From: an uncultured Myxococcales bacterium
GTDB taxonomy: Bacteria; Myxococcota_A; Polyangia; Nannocystales; Nannocystaceae
Length of the DNA: 64,000 nt
Direction: 5' to 3'
Assembly: GCA_902826865.1 (NCBI GenBank)
Contig: CADEGN010000004.1
Coordinates: 830-64,829, forward strand
Part shown: one piece after another, positions 54,343 through 64,000 of the stretch
Layout: every line of letters starts with the position of its first letter
How positions within the stretch are numbered: position 1 is the first letter of the stretch
Made by a program: the position numbers and the translations under genes
The notes under the pieces: model-generated
What the model saw: only the letters and a program-made list of their open reading frames with translations
Databases searched by the model: none
Told to the model about the DNA's origin: nothing

Positions 54343-55689
54343 TCACTCGAGCGTGGGTTTCCGACGCGTTGGCGGGGGCGGCGGTGTCGTCGGCGCGCCA
54401 GGGGGAGGTGGAATCAGCGCGCGCAGGCGCTCGAGCGTGTCTCCCGGCTTGCGTGGCACGACGATTTCCTCGATCTCCTCTTCCTCGATCTCCTCGGCGT
54501 CCCCTGAAGGCGGGCCGAACTCCAGTACCTGATCGAGCAACGCGTCGAGGTCTTCGCGGCCAGAACTCGGCGGCGCTTGCTCGAGGAGGGCGAAGATAGC
54601 CTCGTCTTCTGGAGTCAGCCGGGCGAGGCTCGTCGAGGTGGACGCCGACGGATCCGCCGCGGCTAGTTTCGGTGTGCTCGAGCGCTCGCGCGCGGCTTCG
54701 GCGTCCACGTCGATGTCGACATCAAAATCGGCATTGGCAGTCGCGAACGCGGCATCGTGGCGCTCTTGCGCCTGCCACAACCCGTCGAGGGTTGGCCATT
54801 GCCGCCAGTATTCGCCGGCGGTCTCGGCAGCCGCGTGGGCGGCCGCTGTTCCCGCCGCCGGGACGCGGATGCTTACCAGCCCTGCACAGACCGTCACCGC
54901 GAACACGTGCCCCGCGTAATAGGCGTCGACGGCTTCCTTGAGCCGCCAAAACAACTCCTGCGGTTTCTCGTGGTTCCCAACGATCGCCTTCCACACCCGC
55001 AACGGGCCGTGTTCGATCACCGGAGAAAACAGGAAATCGCGTCCGCTCGAGAACAACAGCTCGAAGCGCTCCTGCTCGATGACAAAGTGATGTGGGCCGA
55101 CGCCAGCCTCGGCGAGCGCGCGCGCAAGCTCGTGCCCGGTCGGGCGCAGACGTGCGACTCGCCGGAACCGACGAACCGCAGCCGGAAGCTCGGCGTCGCG
55201 AAGAACTTCGCGCCACAGGTCCTCTGGCTCCACCCAGCTCCCGTCGAGCGGGATGGTCGCGAGGATCTGTCCGCCGGCTTTCGTCACGCGCACGAGCTCG
55301 CGGACCGCTTCACTGAGGCTCGTGGCGTCGGCCAGAACGAGGTTTGCAACCACGAGGTCGTAGCTTGCGGGGGCCATCTCGGCCACGTCGTCGAGGCCAC
55401 CAGCCTTGACGTAGACGCGGTCTTTCCACTCGGCGAGGCGGTTCTTTGCGAGATCGCGGAGCACGGGGTCGGGGTCGATCGCCACCACACGCGCGGCGGC
55501 CGGCAATCGCCCGAGTAGCTCGGCCGTGGTTCGCCCGCCGGCGCAGCAGACGTCGAGCACCAGCGGTCCGCCGTCCTTCGGCAGGTGACGAAAGGTCAGC
55601 CGTCCAAACCGGTCGTGCCACAGCGGCGCGACCTCACGATCGAGGACCCTGGCGATCCGTTCTTCGCGAAGTTGTTGTCCGATCACCAT
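54343..55689 (-). CDS. Class I SAM-dependent methyltransferase with a long acidic/Pro-rich C-terminal extension
   Basis: Motif I VLDVCCAGGRTTAELL, post-I VVAIDPD, DLVVANLVL. The C-terminal ~170 aa are acidic then proline-rich (..EEIEEEEIEEIVVP..PPPPGAPTTPPPPPTRRKP). Confidence 0.75.
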   Translation of the reverse strand: MVIGQQLREERIARVLDREVAPLWHDRFGRLTFRHLPKDGGPLVLDVCCAGGRTTAELLGRLPAAARVVAIDPDPVLRDLAKNRLAEWKDRVYVKAGGLDDVAEMAPASYDLVVANLVLADATSLSEAVRELVRVTKAGGQILATIPLDGSWVEPEDLWREVLRDAELPAAVRRFRRVARLRPTGHELARALAEAGVGPHHFVIEQERFELLFSSGRDFLFSPVIEHGPLRVWKAIVGNHEKPQELFWRLKEAVDAYYAGHVFAVTVCAGLVSIRVPAAGTAAAHAAAETAGEYWRQWPTLDGLWQAQERHDAAFATANADFDVDIDVDAEAARERSSTPKLAAADPSASTSTSLARLTPEDEAIFALLEQAPPSSGREDLDALLDQVLEFGPPSGDAEEIEEEEIEEIVVPRKPGDTLERLRALIPPPPGAPTTPPPPPTRRKPTLE

Positions 55690-55693
55690 GGCA

Positions 55694-56854
55694 TCACTGC
55701 GGCGTTAGCACGAGGGACAGCTCCAAGAAGCCGTTTTTGCGCTGCTCGAAAGCGTCTGTTTCGGTGTCGCAGTCGACGGCGTTGGCGGCAAAGCAGTAAT
55801 CAATGCGGACGTTCGCCACCCACGGGCGGGCCTTGAATTCAGCGTCCACGGGCGCATTGCTCGAGAGCGTCAGCCCGTGGCGCATCCCGACGTTGCCGGT
55901 GCCATCGTCATACAGGGCGGCGTCGACAACGACCGCCTTCTTGGCTCCGCTCGCGTCATTGAGGTCGAGCGGCGAGCTGCTCACGAAGTACTTCCATTCG
56001 TACTGGCATGTGGCTCCACACGCGCCCTCGTGGAGCACTGTGACGAGCGGGTCGCCGGGTACGCCGACCGCGATCGCGGCATCGGGATTGAACGTGCGGT
56101 GGATCGGAACAAGCGTGCGATCGTCACGCCCGGTGTGGGCCACAGTAATAGGGTAGCTGCCAGCAGCCGGTGTTGCGTTCGCCACGCAGTAGGGCACGAA
56201 CACTTCCGCACCAGACTGTTCGGCTCGGACGATGAACGCCCAAACACCGAGCCGCGTGTCCATCACCGTGCCGGCCACGGTGCAGGTCGCGCCATCCACA
56301 GAGATTCCAGTGGGCATGCCACCGTTGCCCTTGCCGCCGGGATGATCGCAGACGATGTCGGTCTCATCGCCGGTGCCTGGGACGATGTGATCAAGGAGGG
56401 AATCTCCGAAGCCGAAGCAGTAGGGATCGGCGTCGCCCGCGAGGTTGAAGGCGAGTTGCGGCGCGATGTCGACGGTGCACGTGTCGTTGGCCATCGCGCC
56501 AGCGCTGTCTGTCACCAGCAGTTCGAATGCCGCGGCTGTGGCCACCGCGGTCGGCACCCCGGAGATCACGCCGGTGGAATTGTCGACCACCAGTCCGTCC
56601 GGCAGACCAGTGGCCGTCACGACGATCGTTCCAGCTCCACCTGTCACCGTCGGAGCGTGGTTGAAGTTCGCGCCAATCGCTCCGCGCGGCAACGTGCCGC
56701 ACTGCACGCTCAAGTCGCCGCCGGTTGTGTCAGCCGATCCCTCCGACGCCATGTAGTGGTTAGAAGGGGCATTCAGATCGTCGGTGCAGGCGGCGGGGGC
56801 CAGGCACGCGATCAGGCACGTGGCAGCGCGCGAGGACGGTGCAAGTATGTGCAT
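55694..56854 (-). CDS. Lipoprotein with putative-Ig (He_PIG-like) domain
   Basis: Lipobox MHILAPSSRAATCLIACLAPAAC. ..VTATGLPDGLVVDNSTGVISGVPTAVATA.. is typical of 'putative Ig' modules. It lies 4 nt upstream of the methyltransferase gene. Confidence 0.65.
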   Translation of the reverse strand: MHILAPSSRAATCLIACLAPAACTDDLNAPSNHYMASEGSADTTGGDLSVQCGTLPRGAIGANFNHAPTVTGGAGTIVVTATGLPDGLVVDNSTGVISGVPTAVATAAAFELLVTDSAGAMANDTCTVDIAPQLAFNLAGDADPYCFGFGDSLLDHIVPGTGDETDIVCDHPGGKGNGGMPTGISVDGATCTVAGTVMDTRLGVWAFIVRAEQSGAEVFVPYCVANATPAAGSYPITVAHTGRDDRTLVPIHRTFNPDAAIAVGVPGDPLVTVLHEGACGATCQYEWKYFVSSSPLDLNDASGAKKAVVVDAALYDDGTGNVGMRHGLTLSSNAPVDAEFKARPWVANVRIDYCFAANAVDCDTETDAFEQRKNGFLELSLVLTPQ

Positions 56855-56910
56855 GGTCAGGGCGGCTCCGGCCGTGAATGGCAGAGTATCACGCCGGCTG
56901 CGACTCCCGC

Positions 56911-58338
56911 TCAGACGCGCCCGCGAGCGACCGCGGCCTCAACTGCGGCCACCGTCTTTGGGATCGACGACGAGAGGACAACCGGTTCGGTGGGTGTGCA
57001 GAGCACATCGTCTTCGATTCGGATGCCACGCACGTCAGAGAAACGCGTCAGCCGTTCGCGCGCAAATGACCCGTCTTGCGCGAATGGTTCGCAGAGTCGT
57101 GCGTCGGCGAGGATGGCTGGAACAACGTAGAGGCCAGGCTCGATCGTAACGACCATGCCGGGCGTCAGATCGCGATCGAGGCGCAGATAAGCGAGGCCGA
57201 ACTGCTCGCTCCGCGAGCGCCCGCGCGCGTACCCGGCCCGATCGCCGAGGTCTTCCATGTCGTGGACGTCGAGGCCGAGGAGATGACCCACGCCGTGGGG
57301 GAACAACAGGGCGTGGGCGCCGCGTTCGACGAGCGCGTCGGGGTCGCCGCGGAGAATCCCTTCGTCGACGAGGCCGCTGGCCAGCACGCGAGCGGCGGCG
57401 AGGTGAACGTCGCGGTAGCGCACGCCGGGTCGCACCATTGCGATCGCGGCCTCGTTAGCAGCCAGCACGATCTCGTACAGGGCGCGCTGCGTCGGCGAAA
57501 ACGCGCCCCCGACCGGCCACGTCCGCGTCACGTCGCTGGCCCAGCCCTGGTACTCGCCCCCGACATCCGCCAGCAGCAGATCGCCGTTGCTGAGGCGGTT
57601 GTGATGGGTGGTTGCGTGGAGGATCTCGCCGTGAACCGTGACGATGCTGCCGTACGCGCACTCCATCTCGCGGGCGATCAACTCCCGCTCCATTGCGGCA
57701 CGGACCTCATATTCGAACAGCCCGGGCCGGGTGACCGCCATGCCGGCGAGGTGCGCGGCAGCGGTCCCTTCGATCGCGCGCCGGATCATCTCGAGCGCGC
57801 CATCGTCGTGGCGCAGGCGCAGTTCAATAACTGCGTCGGCGAGTTCGAGATCGACCGCGTCGAGGCCATCTACGCCGGGGAATCGACCGCCGGGCCAACG
57901 GCGCTCGAGCAACGCAGCTTGGCGCGCACGCGTGAGGGGGTCCAGCGAGGGAAGCGTTGCGACGGCGCGTGCACCCCCTGCAGAAGCGATTGCGGCAGGC
58001 AGCTCGTGGATCGATCGCAGCGCATCGACGCCGGTGGTTCGGCAGACTTCGCTGGCACTCGGGATCTCTCCGTGCCACAGCGCGTCGTCCTCCGCCGCCG
58101 GCACCACGAAGAGCTCGCACCGCCCGTCATGCACGAGCAGCGCGGCGTCGGTCAACGCGGCGCCGCACAAGTAGAGGAAGTGACTGTCGGCGCGAAAGGG
58201 GTAAGAGTTGGCCGGATAGTTGCGCCCGCGTAGACCACCCGCAAAAACCAGTGCGGCTCGAGGTCCGAGTGCGGCAGCTAGGGCGCGGCGCCGGCCGACG
58301 AATCGGTCGGAAGGCTGCACGGGGAGGCGGGTCGACAT
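56911..58338 (-). CDS. pepP: Xaa-Pro aminopeptidase (M24B)
   Basis: N-terminal ..YPFRADSHFLYLCG... The catalytic domain has DLLLADVGGEYQGWASDVTRTWP, FPHGVGHLLGLDVHD, VVTIEPGLY, GIRIEDDV. The start is ATG 58338. Confidence 0.85.
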   Translation of the reverse strand: MSTRLPVQPSDRFVGRRRALAAALGPRAALVFAGGLRGRNYPANSYPFRADSHFLYLCGAALTDAALLVHDGRCELFVVPAAEDDALWHGEIPSASEVCRTTGVDALRSIHELPAAIASAGGARAVATLPSLDPLTRARQAALLERRWPGGRFPGVDGLDAVDLELADAVIELRLRHDDGALEMIRRAIEGTAAAHLAGMAVTRPGLFEYEVRAAMERELIAREMECAYGSIVTVHGEILHATTHHNRLSNGDLLLADVGGEYQGWASDVTRTWPVGGAFSPTQRALYEIVLAANEAAIAMVRPGVRYRDVHLAAARVLASGLVDEGILRGDPDALVERGAHALLFPHGVGHLLGLDVHDMEDLGDRAGYARGRSRSEQFGLAYLRLDRDLTPGMVVTIEPGLYVVPAILADARLCEPFAQDGSFARERLTRFSDVRGIRIEDDVLCTPTEPVVLSSSIPKTVAAVEAAVARGRV

Positions 58339-58442
58339 GGACTTGGTTGTAGCGGAAGCCGCTGTCTGCGACCATCCCGTGCCGTGGGTCGCGTGGACAT
58401 TGCGGGGGCGCGCGAGCCGATGCTTCGCCCGCGACGGGAGAG

Positions 58443-59861
58443 ATGACCGACTCTGGCGGCGATGGTCGCGCGACACTCGGCTCGCGCGGACAGTCCGAGG
58501 TGTTCTTGCTGGGCCCGAGGTTGTGCGTCGACCGTCGGTTCCTGGTGGGACTGATCGTGCTCGCGATTGCCACCCGATTCGCCTGGGTGATGTGGATCCA
58601 TCCCCCTTCCGACTACGTGTTTAGCGACATGCGCAAGTACGTCGAGCGGGCGCAGGCGCTCGTCGACCACGGTTTTCTCCCCGAGCGCACGATGGCATGG
58701 CAAGCGTGGGGAACCCACGCGATCCTGGCGGTGCCCTTGGCGATGTTTGGCCGCGAGGCGTTGACTGCCGCGGCGATACTGTGGGCGAGCATGGCAGCCT
58801 TGGCCGTTCCGCTCGGCTACCTGCTCTGCGTGCGGGTGTGCAGTCACGGCCGGATCGCTAAGGCGATCGGCATTGCCCTGCTCTTGTGGCATCCGAACCT
58901 GTCCAACGCCGGCTACTTTCTCAGCGAGACGCCGTTTCTCTGCTTCGCCCTGGCATCAACGCTCTTGCTCGTCGTCGTCCTCCAAACCGGACGCGGCGCG
59001 TGGGCGGCGGGGTTGGTGTCGGCCGTAGCTTTCGCCGTCCGACCCCAGTCGGCCATGTTCTACGCGCTGGCGCTGCTTACTTGGTGGTGCTGTCGCCGCC
59101 GCTTGCCCCACGTTCGCGCGCCAGCGTTGGTGGCCGTCGCGACCCCGCTTGTCGCCATGCTCCTGTTCTCGCTATGGCGCTTCCACGCCCATACCGGCTA
59201 CTGGGCGGGCGTCGCTGAGAACGCGAACATGAACCTCACCGCCGGTCGTTGTCACAACGTGGTGACGCAAGCATTCCGTAGCGAGCGCGAGTTGGCGCGC
59301 AGCGAGCGAGAGGAAAACACCCGCGACGGACGTCGGGTGAGCCTGCCGAACTACCGCTTGGCCGGGCGGCTGCCGAGCTGGCATCCCATGGCATTGGATC
59401 CGGCGTTCGGCGAAGAGACCATTCGCTTCGTCGGCTATATCGGCGATCCCGAGATTCATCGCGACATCCGCCGGCGCTGTTATGCGAAGACCGGTGTGCT
59501 CGGGCAGGTCCGTTACAGCATTACGAACGTGATGCTGTCGTGGTTCGTCGATCGCCAGTGGCCCGAGATCGAGCGCGGCTCTCGCCAATTTCTCCCCCCG
59601 CTGCTCGTCTACAATGTGCTCTTCCAGGTGCTGGTTTGGGCGCCGTCGCTCATCGGCTGCTGGCTGGCGCTGCTGCGCGTGCGTCGCGATCCGGCGCTGG
59701 CCCTGGTCGCGTGGCAGCTCGTCAACTCGCTCGTAGTGGCCGCGGTTTTCTTCGGGACGATCCGGCTGCGCACGCCCTACGATCCCTACGCGTTCGTGCT
59801 GGGTGCCGTTGGATGGACGTGGCTCGTGGCGCGTTTCGTGGCCTGGCGGGCCCAAGCGTGA
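58443..59861 (+). CDS. GT-C-fold glycosyltransferase (ArnT/PMT-like) membrane protein
   Basis: About 11 predicted TM helices, with an early periplasmic-loop acidic motif (HPPSDYVFSDMRKY) and the overall layout of family 39/83 glycosyltransferases. Confidence 0.65.
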   Translation: MTDSGGDGRATLGSRGQSEVFLLGPRLCVDRRFLVGLIVLAIATRFAWVMWIHPPSDYVFSDMRKYVERAQALVDHGFLPERTMAWQAWGTHAILAVPLAMFGREALTAAAILWASMAALAVPLGYLLCVRVCSHGRIAKAIGIALLLWHPNLSNAGYFLSETPFLCFALASTLLLVVVLQTGRGAWAAGLVSAVAFAVRPQSAMFYALALLTWWCCRRRLPHVRAPALVAVATPLVAMLLFSLWRFHAHTGYWAGVAENANMNLTAGRCHNVVTQAFRSERELARSEREENTRDGRRVSLPNYRLAGRLPSWHPMALDPAFGEETIRFVGYIGDPEIHRDIRRRCYAKTGVLGQVRYSITNVMLSWFVDRQWPEIERGSRQFLPPLLVYNVLFQVLVWAPSLIGCWLALLRVRRDPALALVAWQLVNSLVVAAVFFGTIRLRTPYDPYAFVLGAVGWTWLVARFVAWRAQA

Positions 59862-59886
59862 GCAAAGCGCTGGTGCCGGCGGCCGA

Positions 59887-60546
59887 GTGCGCTGGACGCT
59901 CGTGCCACGGCTGTGGCATCAAGCGCCCCCGCTCGTGATCCTCCGCGTCGAAGCCGAACGTCCCTCGCCCCGCGCGCTGCGCCCCGCGATCGACGCGCTG
60001 ATGGACGGCGAGGTCGTCATCTACCCGACGGATACGGGCTATGCGTTCGGATGTGCCCTCGCATCTGCACGCGGGATCGCCAACCTGCGTCGGCTCAAAG
60101 GGATCCACGAGAAGCACGCCAAGCCCCTGACGATGCTCGTCCGCGATCTCGCCGAGGTCGCCCGCTATGGCCACGTGGGCAATCAGTCATTTCGCTTGAT
60201 TCGCCGCATGCTGCCCGGTGCGTACACGATGGTGCTGCGCGCGACCTCCGACGTGCCGCGCGCGATGAAGAACCGCAATCACGAAGTTGGCCTGCGCGTG
60301 CCCGACCACGCCGTTTGCCGCATGTTGGTCGAGCTACTCGGTCAACCGCTCCTGACCGGCTCGGTGACCGCGGCTGAGTCCGAGCCCGGGCTCGAGGATC
60401 CTGATGAACTCGCACGTCGCTTTGTGCGCGAGGTCCACGTGGTCATCGACGGCGGCCCGCTCTACCCAGATCCATCGACGGTGCTCCGCCTGGTCGATGA
60501 TCAGATCGAGGTCATTCGGGAAGGCAAAGGCCCACTGCCGCAATGA
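59887..60546 (+). CDS. tsaC: L-threonylcarbamoyladenylate synthase (YrdC/TsaC family)
   Basis: ..GEVVIYPTDTGYAFGC..RLKGIHEKHAKPLTMLV..LPGAYTMVL..VGLRVPDH..LLTGSV..VIDGG.. The start is taken at GTG 59887. Confidence 0.85.
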   Translation: MRWTLVPRLWHQAPPLVILRVEAERPSPRALRPAIDALMDGEVVIYPTDTGYAFGCALASARGIANLRRLKGIHEKHAKPLTMLVRDLAEVARYGHVGNQSFRLIRRMLPGAYTMVLRATSDVPRAMKNRNHEVGLRVPDHAVCRMLVELLGQPLLTGSVTAAESEPGLEDPDELARRFVREVHVVIDGGPLYPDPSTVLRLVDDQIEVIREGKGPLPQ

Positions 60547-60903
60547 GCCCGTTCGATCGCCACCCAACCGACCAACCCGTGGTCGGATGGGAGTTGGGGC
60601 AATTTTTCAGCGGATGCAGCCCGTGTCGTGGGATGGGTCCCTGCGCCACCCGTGTGGCATTTGTTCGCGGGTCTAGCTCTAGCGCGAACCGTCGAGCCGG
60701 CGGCCCATCGGTCGATTGCCTAGGACCAGGCCGATCTGCGGGCCGCAGGCTTTCTGCCACACACCGGCCGTCTGCCGAAACTTGACGCCCCCGAAGCGAC
60801 CGGCTTAGAGTCCCGCCGCGCGTCGGTGCACGCGTGATCTGCATTGCGCCAAGCTCTGCTCAGCTTCCCCTCGGTTCGCACCGTCGCCAAACGGAGAACT
60901 CAA

Positions 60904-61242
60904 ATGCGCGCACGTACTTCCCTCCTCCTTCTCGCATCTACGCTCACGTTCGGCTGCGCTGGTTCGCTCGGCTGGCAGCCGCCCGTCGGTGGCTTCTACG
61001 CCGGCGCCAAGGGCATCAATCCTGCGACTCAGGTTCAGATCAACGAGGCAGCTCGCCCCGGTCCGAAGTCCGGGAAGTCCTGTGCGTCAGGCGTGCTCGG
61101 CCTGGCCTCGTGGGGCGACATGAGCCTCGACGGCGCTAAGAAGGCCAGCGGTATCACCCGCGTCGATACGCTCGACTACAAGACCATGGACATCCTCGGG
61201 GTCATCTACCAGCAGCACTGCACCCTGATCACCGGCGAGTGA
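60904..61242 (+). CDS. TRL-like family lipoprotein
   Basis: MRARTSLLLLASTLTFGC (lipobox). ..GFYAGAKG..GKSCASGVLGLASWGDMSLDGAKKASGITRVDTLDYKTMDILGVIYQQHCTLITGE matches the TRL-like pattern. Confidence 0.7.
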   Translation: MRARTSLLLLASTLTFGCAGSLGWQPPVGGFYAGAKGINPATQVQINEAARPGPKSGKSCASGVLGLASWGDMSLDGAKKASGITRVDTLDYKTMDILGVIYQQHCTLITGE

Positions 61243-61273
61243 TTCCCCGGACCCAACCGGGGTCCAACCAACA

Positions 61274-61316
61274 GAGGCGCGATGGCGAGGCCGCCATCGC
61301 GCCTCGCGCTGTTTTT
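61274..61316. terminator. Rho-independent terminator between convergent genes
   Basis: Perfect 14-bp stem gaggcgcgatggcg-aggc-cgccatcgcgcctc, followed by gcgctgTTTTT on the + strand. Confidence 0.65.
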
Positions 61317-61322
61317 CTGGGC

Positions 61323-61928
61323 CTACTTTTTCGCTTTCGCGATCTTCTTGAGTAGGTATGCCTCGAGCTTGCCCTGGGTCATCTTGCGACGATACCGCTC
61401 GAGCTTGGGCGCGACCGTAGCCATGTCCCAGTAGCGGATCGCGTCGTACATCCGCAGCATCGCGTTTACCGCGGCGAGCTCTCCGCGGATATCGAGTGCG
61501 GTAATCCCTGAGCCCGGCCGGATGTTCGCCAGGACCCACTCAGCCTTGCCGCATTGATAGGCCATCCGCATGTATGCCGAGTAGAAGAACTTGCGATCCG
61601 TCAGCGGTGGTACGAGCACCGGGTTGACGATGAGAACCGCCGGATCCGTGTTGGCCTCGACCCAATCGAGTGCGTAATCGCGGGCGCGGATCCACTGTTT
61701 GCTGTTCGCCGTCGCCGGGGCGACGCCCAGCAGCCAGCGGCAGGTCGCCAGCGCCCGCTCACGGTGCTCGGGAAGAACTGACGCATCTTCGAACGACCAG
61801 GTCTCGGGGATGCCGGCGGGCGGCGGCGGCGGCCTCACGTCGCGCAGGCGAACGCCGGGCTCGCGCGACGCACACGCCGCGAGCATGCACCCGACGGCGA
61901 TCGAACCCAAACGCAGGGCGACAGACAT
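61323..61928 (-). CDS. Hypothetical lipoprotein
   Basis: MSVALRLGSIAVGCMLAAC (lipobox), with a helical body and a Lys-rich tail. No domain recognised. Confidence 0.6.
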   Translation of the reverse strand: MSVALRLGSIAVGCMLAACASREPGVRLRDVRPPPPPAGIPETWSFEDASVLPEHRERALATCRWLLGVAPATANSKQWIRARDYALDWVEANTDPAVLIVNPVLVPPLTDRKFFYSAYMRMAYQCGKAEWVLANIRPGSGITALDIRGELAAVNAMLRMYDAIRYWDMATVAPKLERYRRKMTQGKLEAYLLKKIAKAKK

Positions 61929-61993
61929 GCCCAGCCCGAATAGCCGAAAGCGATCCCGCGCTCAAGCGCCCATGGTATCTGGGGGCGCGTCCC

Positions 61994-63241
61994 ATGCAGC
62001 TCGCGATCCCGAAGTTCCAGTTTCGCTTCGTGCCCGCCCTCGGCAACGTGATTCACCCCGGGAACTTCCACCCGGTTGGAGCCCAGCGCATCGCCGAACA
62101 GATGGTTGCGCGATGCGAGCGGTCTGGGACCAACCGATCGCGAGCCGGACAGTGCTGGCTGGTGGTGGGTGGATCCGGAGGCTTCGGTAGCGCCGCCCGG
62201 CTGGTGCTAGGGATCGGTCGCGGCGCGGACACGATCAACGTCTCACTCGATGGCCAGCCCAACCCAGATAGCAGCAACAAGGTCCGCAAGATCGGTTCGC
62301 CCGGGTTCCACCGCAACCTTGCGATCGAGAGGACCCTGCGCGCGCGCGGGCGCATGGCACAGTCGATCGATGGAGATGCGTTCGATCCGCAGATCCGCGC
62401 GCGTGTCATTGAGTTGCTGGGCAAAGAGCCCGGCCGCAAACTCGACGGGGTCGTCTGGGCCCTGGCGGCGCCGCGGGCAATCGACTCCCGCACCGGCCAA
62501 GGCGTCGCGAGCGCGTTGCGCCCACTCGGCGCGAGCGTCGCGATCAAGACATTTACCGGTCGGGACGGCGACGAGGGGCCCAAGGTCTCACTGCTCGAGC
62601 TCACGCCGGGAACGCCGGAGGAAGCGATCGCGACCATCTTCGTGATGGGCGGCCAAGTTGTCGCCCAGTGGATCAACGCGCTTCGAGCCGCCGATGCGCT
62701 GGCGCCGGGCTTCCAACTCTTGACCATCAGCTACCGCGGCAATGCCTTGAACGAAGGTGTGTATCGCCGGGGGCTCATTGGTCTGGCCAAGGCGGACCTC
62801 GAGTTCCACACGCGCGTACTCGATCATCAGCTCGCCCAGGAGTTCGGCGGTCGTGCGGTCGCCATCGAAGGGCCGGCTGTCGTCACTGAGGCCTCCGGTG
62901 GCATTCCTGGAGTGCCGTTTTACATGGCGCACCTGCTCGACGTGATGCGAGACCGCTTCGAGGATCCCCTCGACTCGATGCTGCGGATGTTTGTCGAGCA
63001 CTTCGATGGCGATGCTCCCAAGCTGGATGGGGAGAAGCTATTGCGCATGGATGACCGTGAGCTCGCCGGTGACGTGCAAGCCGAAATGGCGACGCGTTTC
63101 GATGCGTCGACGCCCGGTCAGCCGTTCCCGCCCGCCCTGTACGAGCGCTTCATGGCGGAGTACGCCCGGACCCGCGGATTCGAGGTTTCGGGGCTGGACT
63201 ACGAAGCCGAGTTCGATACCGACGCCGTGTGTCAACCGTGA
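61994..63241 (+). CDS. fabV: Trans-2-enoyl-CoA/ACP reductase (FabV/TER family)
   Basis: ..HPVGAQ.., WLVVGGSGGFGSA, GVVWALAAP, and ISYRGNALNEGVYRRGLIGLAKADLE, which carries the Y-x8-K catalytic pair of FabV. The start is ATG 61994. Confidence 0.8.
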   Translation: MQLAIPKFQFRFVPALGNVIHPGNFHPVGAQRIAEQMVARCERSGTNRSRAGQCWLVVGGSGGFGSAARLVLGIGRGADTINVSLDGQPNPDSSNKVRKIGSPGFHRNLAIERTLRARGRMAQSIDGDAFDPQIRARVIELLGKEPGRKLDGVVWALAAPRAIDSRTGQGVASALRPLGASVAIKTFTGRDGDEGPKVSLLELTPGTPEEAIATIFVMGGQVVAQWINALRAADALAPGFQLLTISYRGNALNEGVYRRGLIGLAKADLEFHTRVLDHQLAQEFGGRAVAIEGPAVVTEASGGIPGVPFYMAHLLDVMRDRFEDPLDSMLRMFVEHFDGDAPKLDGEKLLRMDDRELAGDVQAEMATRFDASTPGQPFPPALYERFMAEYARTRGFEVSGLDYEAEFDTDAVCQP

Positions 63242-63415
63242 AACCAGCCGGCGCGGCCTCAGATCCCGTGCGCTTTGCCTAGAGCGTTGCCCGTATGCGT
63301 GGGCGAGCTCACCATGTTCGCTGCGGGTGTTCGGAATGGCCCCCTCGCGAGCGCGCAGCCGAACGGACCGCGCCGATCGAGCACTACTAGCTGCCTATTG
63401 CTGCGCCGAGGTCCC

Positions 63416-64000
63416 ATGCCTTTCACCTCCCATTTTCGCGCTGCGTTCCCCGCCGTTCTTCTCGCCGTCGCTTCAACCGCCTGCGACGATGCCGGCGGGG
63501 CGAGCGAAGACGACGACCCTGCGTGCGAGGACGGCAAGTGTGACGGTTTAGGGGCTCTGGGCGGGGAGTTGGCCACGTTCAATGATCCAATCGCGGTGTT
63601 CTTGCGCGACACGATCGATGCCAAGGGCCGCATCAGCGTCAGCTATCTCGACATGCTCAAGGCGATCTCGGCGCAGCAGGGTTGTAGCGAGGACAACATC
63701 GATTCGTACGTGATCTCCGACGACCTCGTCGCCCAGACAGCGGCGTTTCCCCGCGTCGTCAACACCCTGTGCTCGAATGATCGCACGAAGGCCGATCTGG
63801 CGTTCTTTGCCCTTTCGTTTGGCGACGCATCGGGCACGGATCTCGACACGCGCAAGATCGAGATGTTCGCGTGGGATCCAGTCGCCTTCCAGTATCGATT
63901 CTACAAGGGCACGGCCGCCAAAGGCACAAAGACCAAGGTCGCGATCACGCTCGACCCGTCCGAATGCAAGGAGTGCCACCTCCAGCCCGAGCACATCGAG
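63416..64000 (+). CDS. Lipoprotein with a CxxCH haem-c motif, N-terminal part (3' end outside window)
   Basis: Not in the ORF track because it has no stop. ATG 63416 gives MPFTSHFRAAFPAVLLAVASTAC (lipobox). 195 codons are open to the window edge with strong GC3, and the last residues read ..DPSECKECHLQPEHIE. Confidence 0.55.
   Translation, partial: MPFTSHFRAAFPAVLLAVASTACDDAGGASEDDDPACEDGKCDGLGALGGELATFNDPIAVFLRDTIDAKGRISVSYLDMLKAISAQQGCSEDNIDSYVISDDLVAQTAAFPRVVNTLCSNDRTKADLAFFALSFGDASGTDLDTRKIEMFAWDPVAFQYRFYKGTAAKGTKTKVAITLDPSECKECHLQPEHIE

Noticed and set aside
60655-60668. TGGCAT..TTGTTCGC as a sigma-54 (-24/-12) promoter upstream of the TRL lipoprotein gene
   Set aside because: The spacing and the -12 element do not fit TGGCACG-N4-TTGC, because CGCG falls where TTGC is required. 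It also lies ~240 nt from the start codon.
1-64000. tRNA, rRNA, riboswitch or other structured RNA genes
   Set aside because: I found no cloverleaf-compatible segments, rRNA-like conserved blocks or recognisable leader motifs in the intergenic regions by eye. This is a weak negative, because I could not run covariance-model scans (tRNAscan-SE/Infernal), which would be decisive.

Overview
High-GC (about 70%) chromosomal segment that looks myxobacterial. This is an inference from two MYXO-CTERM (GC-TM-RRR) tails, many lipobox lipoproteins, FG-GAP/VCBS proteins, Ser/Thr kinases with TPR tails and PEGA/TRL/choice-of-anchor-L proteins. I see no rRNA, tRNA or CRISPR. Recognisable housekeeping genes are hemE (partial), prmC, a cytochrome c peroxidase plus cation/H+ antiporter, selO, ruvX-mltG, a DEAD-box helicase, apbE, an M28 peptidase, pepP, tsaC and fabV. 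Between them lie lineage-specific secreted or lipoprotein genes. About 18.8-27.5 kb is a decaying patchwork: an IS66-type transposase remnant, frameshifted genes, permuted gene fragments, an MNT antitoxin beside a gutted HEPN toxin, and a remnant of a choice-of-anchor-L gene. About 48.2-52.1 kb is a 1.9-kb tandem duplication of a metzincin-like MYXO-CTERM protease with a sequence-identical core. The best candidate for an undescribed system is the overlap-coupled trio at 13450-18766: a lipoprotein, an Hsp90/sacsin-like GHKL ATPase and a 1042-aa protein with no domain I can name. All calls come from reading the translations by eye, with no searches run. Start codons are often uncertain in this GC range, and most long antisense ORFs in the track are artefacts. 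Coordinates read directly from the sequence rather than derived from the ORF track may be off by a base or two.
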